From Polyangiaceae bacterium (GTDB lineage: Bacteria; Myxococcota_A; Polyangia; Polyangiales; Polyangiaceae), in NCBI GenBank assembly GCA_044222475.1, contig JBGANF010000005.1, positions 32,001 to 96,000 of the forward strand: a stretch of 64,000 nt of DNA, given 5' to 3'. Under the pieces are notes generated by a model that worked only from the letters and a program-made list of their open reading frames with translations, did not search any database and had not been told where the DNA came from. Below are positions 33,634 through 43,189 of the stretch, one piece after another (the stretch's first letter is position 1; each line of letters begins with the position of its first letter). The position numbers were made by a program, and so were the translations under genes.

Positions 33634-34050
33634 ATGTGGAGCCGCATCGCGCTCGCCGGTTTGGTCGCGGCCTCTCTCGGGTGCAGCCCCGCAGGTGACT
33701 CGGCCACGGGATTCCCCCAAACCCCCTACGCCCACGTCGACTGCGTCGGCGGGGGATGCTCGATCGACGTACGCACGTCACCGCAGCCACCGCGCGTCGG
33801 AGTGAACTCGCTCCAGCTCACGATCCGTGGACGCGACGGCGAGATGCTCGACGGCCTCACCCTCGAGGTGACGCCGACCATGGCCGCTCACGGCCACGGC
33901 GCGTCCGTCCACCCGACGGTCACGCCGCGCGGCGGAGGGATCTACGTCGTCGACGACGTGAGCACCTACATGGCGGGGACGTGGGAGCTTCACACCACGC
34001 TACGAGGAGCCGCGACCGATGAAGCGACGATCGTTCTGGACGTGCGCTAG
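33634..34050 (+). CDS. YtkA/FixH-like lipoprotein, putative metal chaperone
   Basis: Lipobox SLG-C; P..G.N, PTMAAHGHG, G.Y, MAGTWEL. Confidence 0.75.
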   Translation: MWSRIALAGLVAASLGCSPAGDSATGFPQTPYAHVDCVGGGCSIDVRTSPQPPRVGVNSLQLTIRGRDGEMLDGLTLEVTPTMAAHGHGASVHPTVTPRGGGIYVVDDVSTYMAGTWELHTTLRGAATDEATIVLDVR

Positions 34051-34990
34051 CCTCGTCGTCGCGCTGCTCGCCGGCGAACGGGTCGCGCACGCGCAGGCCT
34101 GCTGCGCGAGCCCCAGCGGGTTCGCCCCTGCCCGACTGCGCGCCGGAGAGCATGCCCTCGTCGGGTTCGTCGCGTCGGTGGGCTTCGTCAGCGGCAGCTT
34201 CGGACGTGATCGCTCGTTCGCGACGCCGTCGAGCGGCACGCGCGAGGTCGATCTCGGCCAACGGCTCTTCGTCGCGTGGGCTCCGTGGGAGCGCGCCGAG
34301 CTCTCGGTCACGATGCCCTTCGTCGAGACCTACCGCGCCGCCGGCGCGGAGTCGAACCTCGGCGGCGGCCTCGGCGACGCGCGGTTCGCGTCCCGATGGA
34401 AGCTGGTCGCGACCGGCGCCGACCGCATCGTCCCCGGCGTCCAGGTCCTCTCCGCGATCACCCTTCCCACCGGGACTCCAGGCGACGCGGCCACGCGACC
34501 GCTGGCCACCGACGCCAGCGGAACCGGCGCGTTCCAGCTCGACTACGGGCTCGCGCTCGAGCAGGCCTACGGTCGTGTTCTCGTGAACCTCACCGGCACC
34601 ATCGGTTGGCGCGGAGCTCGCGACGTTCGCGGCACGTCGACGCAGCTGGGGCTCCTCTTCTCTGGCTTCGCTGCGATCAGCTACTCGTTCTCGAACCAAG
34701 TCTCGCTCGCCGCGTCCGCGTCGTACGAAGCGTCGCTCGCTGCGAGGAGCGGTGGAGTGGACGTCCCCGACTCGGAGACGGCGAAGACCACCCTCGGCGT
34801 CTCCGGCGCACTACCGATCGCGCGGGGCGTCCGAGCCACGGTCGGCGTGGCGTGGAACCCGCACGTCGGCGGTCTAGGCAAGAACGAGCTCGCTGCGTTC
34901 ACCGCGACCGCCGGTCTGATCTACGCGTGGGGCGCGCCGAGCTCGTGTCCGATGCACCCGACGACGCCGGACTGCGGCTGCCCCCATTGA
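34019..34990 (+). CDS. Putative outer-membrane beta-barrel/transporter with Cys-rich ends
   Basis: Signal peptide AHA-QACC; GLGD..LPTG motifs of MetA-pathway-like barrels; C-terminal CPMHP..CGCPH. Confidence 0.6.
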   Translation: MKRRSFWTCASLVVALLAGERVAHAQACCASPSGFAPARLRAGEHALVGFVASVGFVSGSFGRDRSFATPSSGTREVDLGQRLFVAWAPWERAELSVTMPFVETYRAAGAESNLGGGLGDARFASRWKLVATGADRIVPGVQVLSAITLPTGTPGDAATRPLATDASGTGAFQLDYGLALEQAYGRVLVNLTGTIGWRGARDVRGTSTQLGLLFSGFAAISYSFSNQVSLAASASYEASLAARSGGVDVPDSETAKTTLGVSGALPIARGVRATVGVAWNPHVGGLGKNELAAFTATAGLIYAWGAPSSCPMHPTTPDCGCPH

Positions 34991-34995
34991 TCCAA

Positions 34996-36345
34996 TCAGC
35001 GACGCGCTCGCGTCCGCAGCGCGCCGCTCAGCGTCGACGCCGCCAGCGACAGGCTCTCCTTGCCGAGCGCCCACCCGATCTTCGAGACGTGCGCGACGCC
35101 CCGTCGCTCTCGATGAAGCCGGTGCAGCGAGTGCGCGACGACTCGCCCGTACTCCGCGACGACGGTGGACGGGTTGGCGTCGCGCGTGGACAAGAGCCCC
35201 ATCGATGCCGCCCTTCCGCGACGATCGGACTGCCAGTATTGCAGGAGACCATCGCGTAGCGCGTGCATCGCCTCGGTGTCCTCTCCGAGCGCGCGTCGCA
35301 GCGCGGGCGCCAGGAGCCCTCGGGTGAGTGCGGGCGTCACCCGTGCCGCTTCGTACGCCCGAAGCGCTCGTGCGACGTCGCCCCGAGACTGCTCGTAGCA
35401 AGCGGCGAGCGTGGCCGCGTCGGAGAGCGCGAAGGAGACGCCGCTCGCCGTGATGGGATGCGCGGCCCCTGCTGCGTCGCCGACGAGCGCCAAACGACCC
35501 GCGGTGCGCGACGCGGTCTGGACCGAGAAGATCACCGCGCTGAGCGCGCGACGCTCGGCGCACGCTTCGGCCACCGCGGCCGCGAGCCCAGGAGGGATCG
35601 CCGCGAGATCGTCGGCGTGAGGTCGAAGCGGAGTCTCCTCGTCGACCTCGAACATGAAGCGCACTTGGCGCGGACCGACGCGATACGCGAGCACGGGGCT
35701 CTTCCCGCCCAAGAACACGTGACCATAGCCCTCGGTGGGGAGGTACCGATCCTCGACCCGCATCCCCAGCATGCGCTGCGATCGCCCCTTCGTCGTCTTG
35801 ATGCCGGCGCTGTCGCGCAGCTTCGAGGTGCGTCCGTCGGCGGCGACCACGAGCGCCGCCGTCACGTGCGCGCGGCCCGCGACGCTCTCCACCGCGAGCT
35901 TCGCCGGCGCATCGTCCCACCCCGCCGGGGGCACGACCCGACCGCGCACGCACGTGACGTTCGGGTTGGCCGCGACGGTGAGCAACATGGCGTGGGCGAG
36001 AGTGGCGTGCTCGATCGCCAATCCGCTCGGGTGGAGATCGTCCACCTCGGCGTACGAGAGAACCACGGGGCGGCGCTCCCCACCTGGGAAGATCGCAAAC
36101 CCGCAGAAAGGGATCGCCCCGGCCGCCCACACGTCGTCGATGAACCCGAGCCGCGTGAGGAGCTCCACGGCCGGCGCCTGAAGCAGCTCTCCCGCTAGCC
36201 GTCGTTCGCTCGCAAGGCCGGGCTCACACAAGAGCACGCGCGCGCCGCTGCGGGCGAACGCCAGCGCGCTCGCGCTGCCGGCGAAGCTTCCACCGGCGAT
36301 CACGACGTCGAACGTCTCTCCGTCCACCTCGTCCACTTCGTGCAT
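34996..36345 (-). CDS. FAD-dependent monooxygenase/oxidoreductase, squalene-epoxidase-like
   Basis: DVVIAGGSFAG, AGELLQ, VVAADGRTS, LVGDAAGAAHPITASG; SD GGGGAG before ATG 36345. Confidence 0.75.
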   Translation of the reverse strand: MHEVDEVDGETFDVVIAGGSFAGSASALAFARSGARVLLCEPGLASERRLAGELLQAPAVELLTRLGFIDDVWAAGAIPFCGFAIFPGGERRPVVLSYAEVDDLHPSGLAIEHATLAHAMLLTVAANPNVTCVRGRVVPPAGWDDAPAKLAVESVAGRAHVTAALVVAADGRTSKLRDSAGIKTTKGRSQRMLGMRVEDRYLPTEGYGHVFLGGKSPVLAYRVGPRQVRFMFEVDEETPLRPHADDLAAIPPGLAAAVAEACAERRALSAVIFSVQTASRTAGRLALVGDAAGAAHPITASGVSFALSDAATLAACYEQSRGDVARALRAYEAARVTPALTRGLLAPALRRALGEDTEAMHALRDGLLQYWQSDRRGRAASMGLLSTRDANPSTVVAEYGRVVAHSLHRLHRERRGVAHVSKIGWALGKESLSLAASTLSGALRTRARR

Positions 36346-36359
36346 GGCTCCCCCTTTGG

Positions 36360-37649
36360 TCAGAACTGAATGGTTCGCTCCTCGTGGCTCATCGTGCGCA
36401 GGCTCTGGCGGCTTCGATAGAACTCCCGCCAGAGGTGGAGATACCCGTCGAGCAGACGCTCCGGGCTCATGTTTCGCGGCTGGAAGACGACGTTCGCGTC
36501 GTTGTAGAGCGACCAGTCGCGCGTCAGGATCCGCTCCTCCATCGTGAGGCGTCGGTAGACCGGCGTCCCGGGGTACGGCGTCATGATCGCGAACTCGGCC
36601 TTGCGCAGCTTCGCCTCGTCCGCGAACTCGAGCATCCGATCGAAGACGCCCTCGTCGTCGCCGTCGTTGCCGACGAGGAACGAGGTGTAGGGCTCGATGC
36701 CGTGATCGAACGACTTCGTCACCGCGTCGACGGCTTGCTGATGCACCGCGGTGCTCACCCCGTCGAACGCGGACTGCGTGATCGGATCGAACCCGCCGAC
36801 GAGGTAGAACATCTTGATGCCTGCAGCGCGCATCCGCGCGAGCTTCTCGCTCGGCGTCGCGAGGATCATCGGCATGCTGACGCCGAGGTAGCTGACCGGC
36901 GCTTCGATGCCCCGCTCGACGAGCGCGTCGAGGATCTCGAGAAACCGCCGCGACGCGGTGGGGAAGAAGCTCGTGTCCTCGGTGAGCGACCCGAGCTTGC
37001 CGCGAGCTGCGAGCTGCTCGATCTGACCGAGCACGTGCTCCTTCGGGTAGTGGCGCATTCGCCGTCCCATGACGTCGGGGATGGCGCACGCGAAGCACGT
37101 GAGCGGGCACCCGCGCGACGTCTGCACCGGATAGTCGTCGGGCGCGAACGTTCGGTTCTCCTTCTCCATGTACAGATCCACGCGCGGCATCGGAAGCGTG
37201 GCGAGATCGACTGGGGCGCGCGCGCGGTAGCGCGGCGCGAGCGACCGCTTCGCCGCGTCGGCGAGGACGTCGGCCCAGACGCCCTCGCCTTCGCCGAGCA
37301 CGACGGCGTCGGCGTGGAGCGACGCCTCGTCGGGGACCATCGTCGGGAAGATCCCGCCCATGACGACCTGCTTGCCGCGCGCTCGAAACGCGTCGGCGAG
37401 CTCCAGCGCGCGTTTGCCCGAGGGCGTGAAGCACGATATCGCGACGAGATCCACGTCGTCGTCGAGACCGACGTCCTCGAGCCGGTCGTCGCGGAAGTCG
37501 AGCTCCCACGACGGCGGAGTGATCGCCGCGAGGCACGCGATCCCGAGCGACGGGGGCCCGAAGTATTCGTTGCAAGGTACATGCTCCCGGAGCTCCGGAT
37601 GAGCCTCGGCGTGGCGGGCGAACTTCGGGTAGACGAAACGGACTTTCAC
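36360..37649 (-). CDS. B12-binding radical SAM protein
   Basis: PPSLGIACLAA, DLVAIS, VVMGGIFPT, GEGE, QTSRGCPLTCFAC, TPYPGTP; GTGA overlap. Confidence 0.9.
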   Translation of the reverse strand: MKVRFVYPKFARHAEAHPELREHVPCNEYFGPPSLGIACLAAITPPSWELDFRDDRLEDVGLDDDVDLVAISCFTPSGKRALELADAFRARGKQVVMGGIFPTMVPDEASLHADAVVLGEGEGVWADVLADAAKRSLAPRYRARAPVDLATLPMPRVDLYMEKENRTFAPDDYPVQTSRGCPLTCFACAIPDVMGRRMRHYPKEHVLGQIEQLAARGKLGSLTEDTSFFPTASRRFLEILDALVERGIEAPVSYLGVSMPMILATPSEKLARMRAAGIKMFYLVGGFDPITQSAFDGVSTAVHQQAVDAVTKSFDHGIEPYTSFLVGNDGDDEGVFDRMLEFADEAKLRKAEFAIMTPYPGTPVYRRLTMEERILTRDWSLYNDANVVFQPRNMSPERLLDGYLHLWREFYRSRQSLRTMSHEERTIQF

Positions 37650-39145
37650 GACGACTCCTCGGCCAACATGGGGGCATCCTCGGTGCGGCAGAGCCGCGCG
37701 CAGACACGTCTCTCCTGGGCGGCGATGGCGTCGGCCGGCCCGAGCGTCGCAAGCGCCGCTGCCGCATCGCGCTCGAGGAGCCTCAGCGCGAGCGCGAGAC
37801 GCTCGCGATCGCGCGGCGGATCCAAGACGATCGCCACGGCGGCGTGATGCGCCATCTCCGCGCGAGCGAGCGCACCGAGCGTCGTCTGGTGAGAGATGGC
37901 CGTGAGTCCGAGACGCCGCCGGACGTCGACGGTGGCGGCGTCGATCGCGTCGGCCATGCGGTCGCACGCACCCGCAGCGTCGACGAGAGGCGTCGCGTCG
38001 GCCGAGACCCGCTCCAGTGGCTCACCGCTCGCCAACCGGAGGCTCGCCAGCCGGACGAGGAGGACGTCGTTGGCTCCCTCGAAGATCCGGGTGACTCGGC
38101 AGTCGCGTAGGAGCCTTGCCACGCCGACCGGCTCGATCACGCCGAGTGCTCCGTGGAGCTGGATCGCGGCGTCGCACGCTCGAAACGCTCGTTCGCTCGC
38201 GAACACTTTGGTCGCGAACGAGGCCGCTTCGGCGACGCGTCCGGCGTCGAGCGCGCTCGACGTTCGCCGCACGAGTGCGCGCGACGCATCGAGCATGACC
38301 GCCATCTCGGCGACTGCCGACTGCACCGCTGGGAACGCCGCGAGTGGACGGCGGAACTGTCGCCGCGTGGTGACGTGGGCGATCGTGGCGTCGAGCGCCG
38401 CGGCCATCGTCCCGACGCAGCCGGCCGACATCAGCGTCCGCCCCCACCCGAGGACCGCGTACGCGAGATCGAGTCCAGCGCCGTCCACGCCGAGGACGTG
38501 ATCACGAGGAACGCGCACGCCGTCGAAGCGGATCGTCGCGGTCGAAGAGGCGCGGAGCCCGAGCTTCTCCTCCTCCGCGCCGATCGACACGCCTGGGGTA
38601 CTGCAAGGAACGAGCACGAGCGAGTGCGCCCGCTCGCCGCGACGAGCGAGCACCGTGATGCAGCCCGCGTAGTGCGCGTTGGTGACGTAGCTCTTCTCGC
38701 CGTCGAGACGAAGCTCGGCGCCGTCGTCGACGAGGGCGGTCCGGATGCTCATCAAGTCGGAGCCTGCTCCGGCTTCGGTCGCGGCGAATGCTCCGATCGA
38801 CGCGCCGGTCGCGAGCCGCGGAAGCCACGCGGAAGCGACGTCGGGGCTGGCCCCCCGAACGATCGCTTGCGTGCCGAGGCCGGCGTGAAGACCGACGGTG
38901 GTCGCGACCGACCGATCGTGACGGGCGAGCTCCTCCACGAGCGGGCACGCCCCGACGAGCCCGAGCGAGCCTCCGCCGTGCGCCTCCGGGATCGTCAGAG
39001 CGAACAGGCCGAGCTCGGCCAGCACCTCGAAGACGGAGCGCGGGATCTCGCCGCGAGCCTCGAGCTCGGCAGCGTCGAGGTGGGTCCGGGCCCAGCGGCG
39101 AGCTTGCGCGCCGAGGGCGGCGACCTCGTCAGGCGACGCGGGCAC
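37646..39145 (-). CDS. Acyl-CoA/acyl-ACP dehydrogenase with C-terminal extension
   Basis: FAATEAGAGSD, GEKSYVTN, KLGLRAS, RRQF, IQLHG..G, RIFEGAND. Confidence 0.88.
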   Translation of the reverse strand: MPASPDEVAALGAQARRWARTHLDAAELEARGEIPRSVFEVLAELGLFALTIPEAHGGGSLGLVGACPLVEELARHDRSVATTVGLHAGLGTQAIVRGASPDVASAWLPRLATGASIGAFAATEAGAGSDLMSIRTALVDDGAELRLDGEKSYVTNAHYAGCITVLARRGERAHSLVLVPCSTPGVSIGAEEEKLGLRASSTATIRFDGVRVPRDHVLGVDGAGLDLAYAVLGWGRTLMSAGCVGTMAAALDATIAHVTTRRQFRRPLAAFPAVQSAVAEMAVMLDASRALVRRTSSALDAGRVAEAASFATKVFASERAFRACDAAIQLHGALGVIEPVGVARLLRDCRVTRIFEGANDVLLVRLASLRLASGEPLERVSADATPLVDAAGACDRMADAIDAATVDVRRRLGLTAISHQTTLGALARAEMAHHAAVAIVLDPPRDRERLALALRLLERDAAAALATLGPADAIAAQERRVCARLCRTEDAPMLAEESS

Positions 39146-39404
39146 CGGTCGACCCCGAGTACGGCAGCTGTCGCTCCACGAAAGCGCACGCATCGTCGAA
39201 CGTCACGATGTCCATCGCGTCCTCGATCTCCAAGTGGATGTCGAGCTGCTCGCTGATCGTCGAGAGCATCTCCAAGCTGCCGAGGGAGTCCATACCGAGG
39301 TCCTCTCGCAAGCGGCTCTTGGCATCGATCTTCGCCTCGTCGATCTCGAGGATTTCGGCGATGAGCGCGCGCATGCGCGGGCGGATGGACGGATCAGACG
39401 GCAT
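39129..39404 (-). CDS. Acyl carrier protein
   Basis: LREDLGMDSL phosphopantetheine motif; acidic, 91 aa. Confidence 0.9.
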   Translation of the reverse strand: MPSDPSIRPRMRALIAEILEIDEAKIDAKSRLREDLGMDSLGSLEMLSTISEQLDIHLEIEDAMDIVTFDDACAFVERQLPYSGSTGARVA

Positions 39405-40404
39405 GATGGTGACTCCTTCGGACGTGGGCAGGCGGTACGTAGCGGTGGCGGACGAGCCACGCGACGGTCGCGTCGAGCGCGTCGTCGAGCGGAGTCCACT
39501 TCATTCCGAGCTCGCGCTCTGCGAGGTCGGTCGAGACGGGACGACCGATCGCGGCGATGTCGACGAACTCGCGCGGGACCGGAACGCGTAGCCGTCGCGG
39601 CGCGGCCGCCGCTTCGGACGCGTCGGCGAGCGCTCGCATCTCGACGAGCCCCGTTGGCGGGCCGGGCGGAGGCGCGTCGAATCGACGCACCATCGTGTCG
39701 ATGAGCTGGCCGACCGTGAGCGTTCGTCCGGCGACGATGTAGCGCGCCCCCGGACCATCCAGCGCAGCGACGTGCGCACGCGCAGCGTCCTCCACCGCGA
39801 CGAGGTGGATGATGCCGTCCACCCAATGGGTGACCGCACCGTGGAGAAGCGCTGCGACGAAGCCGTTCGTGCCGAGCCTGAGATCCCACGGTCCGATGCA
39901 GCCGCCGAGCAGCAGCGACACGACGTCGACCCCCGCGTCGCGTGCGCGGTCGATCTCGACCTCGATCGCCTTCTTCATCGTCGGGTAGGCGCCCTCGGTC
40001 CACTGCGGCAGCCCGACGTCGCGCTCGGTGGCGGGGCTCCGTCCCGGCCTGAGTACGGCGATGGATGACGCGTAGACGAGTCGTCCGGCGCCCATCCGCG
40101 CGCTGGCGATGCACACGTTGCGCACTTGAAGCGCCGCGCGCTCGACGTCCTCGGCGGTCATGATCGAGTAGCGCGGATAGCGCGCGGCCGTGAGGAACAC
40201 GGCGTCGACGTCCCGCATCGCGGCCTCGAGCGAGGCGTAGTCGTCGAGATCGGCGTACACCATCTCGACGCTGCGTCGCCGCAACAGCAACGTCGGCGAC
40301 GACCGGCGACGCGTCGTGCGCACCGCCCAGCCCGCAGCGAGGAGCGCGTCGACGACGTGCAAACCGATGAAGCCGGTGCCACCGATCACGAGGGCCCGCT
40401 TCAT
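39394..40404 (-). CDS. NAD-dependent epimerase/dehydratase (extended SDR)
   Basis: VIGGTGFIG, YASSIA, YPTMK (YxxxK), VEDAARAHV; ATGA overlap. Confidence 0.88.
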   Translation of the reverse strand: MKRALVIGGTGFIGLHVVDALLAAGWAVRTTRRRSSPTLLLRRRSVEMVYADLDDYASLEAAMRDVDAVFLTAARYPRYSIMTAEDVERAALQVRNVCIASARMGAGRLVYASSIAVLRPGRSPATERDVGLPQWTEGAYPTMKKAIEVEIDRARDAGVDVVSLLLGGCIGPWDLRLGTNGFVAALLHGAVTHWVDGIIHLVAVEDAARAHVAALDGPGARYIVAGRTLTVGQLIDTMVRRFDAPPPGPPTGLVEMRALADASEAAAAPRRLRVPVPREFVDIAAIGRPVSTDLAERELGMKWTPLDDALDATVAWLVRHRYVPPAHVRRSHHHAV

Positions 40405-42089
40405 GCTCGGCCACCAGGCGCCCAACGGCGCGCGCACTCGCTGCGGCGTGCCTTCCCACTGGTCGTGCGCGGGATGGCACCGAGCGCGACGAACACGACG
40501 TCGTCCACGCGAACACCGAGCGTCCCGAGCACCGCGCCGCGAATCGATCGCGAGCGTTCCTCGCCGCGGTCTTCCTTCGGGCCGGTCTCGACGACGAGGA
40601 CGACGCGCTCCGTCCCGGCGTCGGCGTCGTCGATGCCGAACGCAGCGACGCTGCCAGCGCGGAGCCCGGTGGCCTCGATCACTGCGTGCTCGATGTCGTG
40701 CGGATCGACGTTGCGCCCGCCTTGGATGATGATCTCTTTGGCTCGTCCGGTGACGAAGAGCTGCCCACCGGAGACGAAGCCGAGATCCCCGGAGTCCAGC
40801 CATCCCCCAGACAACGCGCGCGCGCTTGCTTCGTCGTCGCGGAAGTAGCCATCCATGACCGATGCGCCGGCGATCAGGATCCGCCCGACGCGCTCGGTCT
40901 CCATCGTTCGTCCCGCCGCGTCGGCGATGCGGATCGACGTTCCGGCCACCGGCGTACCGACGCCGACGAGCTCGCGTGCGCCGCTCGCGTCGGACCGGCG
41001 CGCGACACCGCGCTTCTCGAGCGCCCCCCGGTCGACGTGAATCGTGGAGAGCACCCCGCGCGCGGCGAAGCTGACCGCGAGCGTCGACTCGGCCATGCCG
41101 TACACCGGCAGGCTCGCCGTCGAGCGAAGACCGAAGGGACCGAGCGCGCGGGCGAAGCGACGCACGGTCTCGGCGTGCACCGGCTCCGCGCCGTTGAGCG
41201 CGAGGCGAAGGCCGTCGAGCCGCTCCTCGTCGAGCTTGGCCACGCGAGCCACGCAGTGCTCGTATGCGAAGTTCGGCGCAGCGGTGATCGTCGCTTGCAC
41301 CTCCGACGCGAGGCGAAGCCATCGCTCGGCACCCATCGCGAAGTACTCTGGAGCGGCGAGGTGCAACGCGTAGGGGTGGCAGACCGCGGTGAGCAGCACC
41401 CCTACGAGCCCCATGTCGTGGAACAGCGGGAGCCAGCTGACGCCGACGTCGGTCGGATCGAGCTCGAGGCCGTGCGCGATCGCAAACGCGTTGCTCACGA
41501 GCGCACCGTGCGAGATGACGACCCCTTTGGGACGCCCTGTCGTGCCGGAGGTGTACTGGATGAGCGCCGCGTCGGCTTCGTCGAGCGTCGGCAGCGGCGC
41601 CCGCGTCAGTACGGTGTCGATCGTGTCCGCCTCGGTCAGTACGACCGGCGGAAGGACCAACGACGACGCATGCGTCCGGATCGCAGCGAGCGCGCGGGTA
41701 GACGCGACGAGGACGCGCGCGGCGGCGCTGTCGAACGTGGAGCCGAGGTTGCGGAGGAACGGCTCGAGCGAGCCGAACGTCATCGGCGTCGCGAGCGGCA
41801 CCGCGGCCGCGCCGGCGAGCATCGCTCCGAGCAGCGCCGCGACGAACGTCGGCCCCGTCGGGAGCAGGAGCACGACCCGATCCCCGCGTCGCACGCCGTG
41901 GCGAACGAAGACCTGCGCCCACTTGCGCGCGGCGGCGTACGCCGACCGAGCATCGAGGACACAAGGCTCGAGCCTCCCGTGAAAAATGGCGAGCGGCGCG
42001 TCGGCTCTCGCTCCGGCTTCGATCGCGTCCACCATCGTCCGATGGGCGCTCGATGGCATGATCGAGGACTCGAGCAACGCAGGCGTCAT
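40401..42089 (-). CDS. Fatty acyl-AMP ligase (FAAL)
   Basis: QYTSGTTGRPKGV, SWLPLFHDMGLVG, APNFAY, NGAEPV, YGMAESTL followed by the FAAL-type insertion, PRTTSGK. Confidence 0.9.
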   Translation of the reverse strand: MTPALLESSIMPSSAHRTMVDAIEAGARADAPLAIFHGRLEPCVLDARSAYAAARKWAQVFVRHGVRRGDRVVLLLPTGPTFVAALLGAMLAGAAAVPLATPMTFGSLEPFLRNLGSTFDSAAARVLVASTRALAAIRTHASSLVLPPVVLTEADTIDTVLTRAPLPTLDEADAALIQYTSGTTGRPKGVVISHGALVSNAFAIAHGLELDPTDVGVSWLPLFHDMGLVGVLLTAVCHPYALHLAAPEYFAMGAERWLRLASEVQATITAAPNFAYEHCVARVAKLDEERLDGLRLALNGAEPVHAETVRRFARALGPFGLRSTASLPVYGMAESTLAVSFAARGVLSTIHVDRGALEKRGVARRSDASGARELVGVGTPVAGTSIRIADAAGRTMETERVGRILIAGASVMDGYFRDDEASARALSGGWLDSGDLGFVSGGQLFVTGRAKEIIIQGGRNVDPHDIEHAVIEATGLRAGSVAAFGIDDADAGTERVVLVVETGPKEDRGEERSRSIRGAVLGTLGVRVDDVVFVALGAIPRTTSGKARRSECARRWAPGGRA

Positions 42090-42124
42090 CACCCGCGACT
42101 ATGTTCGTTCCTCAGAGGCGCACC

Positions 42125-42138
42125 ATGACGACGGTCAA
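42125..42138. promoter_or_regulatory. CRP/FNR-type box 6 (minus strand TTGAC-CGTC-GTCAT), FAAL operon promoter
   Basis: In the about 50 bp ctaA-FAAL gap; -10-like CATAGT at 42103-42098 (minus), within 1 bp of -41.5 geometry. Confidence 0.75.
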
Positions 42139-42142
42139 GAAC

Positions 42143-43189
42143 CTATAATGCAGCGTACGGCGCTTCGCCGCGAAGCTCGCGTTGCAGCGCCGTGAGCGAG
42201 GCCACGACGACGAGCGCGCCCGCTTGGTGGAGCGACGCGAGAGTGATCGGCACGTGAGCGATCACGGTGGCAGCGCCGAGCGTGAGTTGTCCAACCACCG
42301 CGCCGGCGCCCAAGACGACGAGCCAGCGCACGCGCGACGTGGAGCCTTTGCGGAACGCGATCCCGACCAGAGTGCCCATGACCGCAAGGAGCACGAACGC
42401 GAGCGCTCGGTGCACGAAGTGCACCGTCACCGCGTCCGCGACGACGCTCCCCACCGCCACCGGCCGGCCGAACGCGCCATCAGGCAAGAGCCGTCCGCCC
42501 ATCGTCGGGAAGTCCGAGAACACGAGCCCCGCGTGATGACCCGCCATGAGCGCTCCCCAGACGAGGAGCAGGAACGCCAGGCTCGTCGCAGCGCCGGCGG
42601 TGATGCGCAGCGCCGGCGCCGCTTGTACTCGAGGCGTGGGAGCGCGCGAGTGCGCGTCGAGCGCGCTCCAGAGCAGCACGACGAAGAGCAAGACGCCGAC
42701 GACGAAGTGTGCGGCGAGCCGGTACGGGCTCACGTGTGGAACGTCGATGAGGCCGCTTCGAACCATGGTCCAGCCGAGGAAGGCCTGCGCGAAGCCGAGA
42801 AGGAGGACGCCTCCGACTCGAAGCGCGACCGCGCGGGGGAGCTGATGCCGAATGGCGAAGACCGCCATGGGTCCGAGGAGCACGAGCGCGACGATGCGCC
42901 CGAGGAGCCGATGTCCCCACTCGACGAGGTAGATGTGACGAAACGCCACGAGATCCATCTCCGGAGCGCGAACGCGGCCCTCGGGCGAGCTCGCATACCG
43001 TGCGAAGGCCTCGCGCCAATCGCCTTCGTCGAGCGGCGGGAGAGCGCCCAAAATGGGATCCCAGGTCGTGATGGAGAGGCCGGAGCGGGTGAGTCGGGTG
43101 ATGCCTCCGACGAGGATCATCGCGCCCGTCAGCGCCACGCACGCCGTGAGCCACCACGCGACCGAGCGCGACTGAACCGCGCGGCTCAC
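42143..43189 (-). CDS. ctaA: Heme A synthase (COX15/CtaA)
   Basis: GGITRLTRSGLSI..W, EWGHRLLGR, VSPYRLAAH, HFVHR, SLHQ. Confidence 0.9.
   Translation of the reverse strand: MSRAVQSRSVAWWLTACVALTGAMILVGGITRLTRSGLSITTWDPILGALPPLDEGDWREAFARYASSPEGRVRAPEMDLVAFRHIYLVEWGHRLLGRIVALVLLGPMAVFAIRHQLPRAVALRVGGVLLLGFAQAFLGWTMVRSGLIDVPHVSPYRLAAHFVVGVLLFVVLLWSALDAHSRAPTPRVQAAPALRITAGAATSLAFLLLVWGALMAGHHAGLVFSDFPTMGGRLLPDGAFGRPVAVGSVVADAVTVHFVHRALAFVLLAVMGTLVGIAFRKGSTSRVRWLVVLGAGAVVGQLTLGAATVIAHVPITLASLHQAGALVVVASLTALQRELRGEAPYAAL

Noticed and set aside
34996..36345. Squalene epoxidase/sterol pathway
   Set aside because: Motifs resemble the family, but there is no oxidosqualene cyclase or squalene synthase in the window and the neighbours are ACP-dependent fatty-acyl enzymes.
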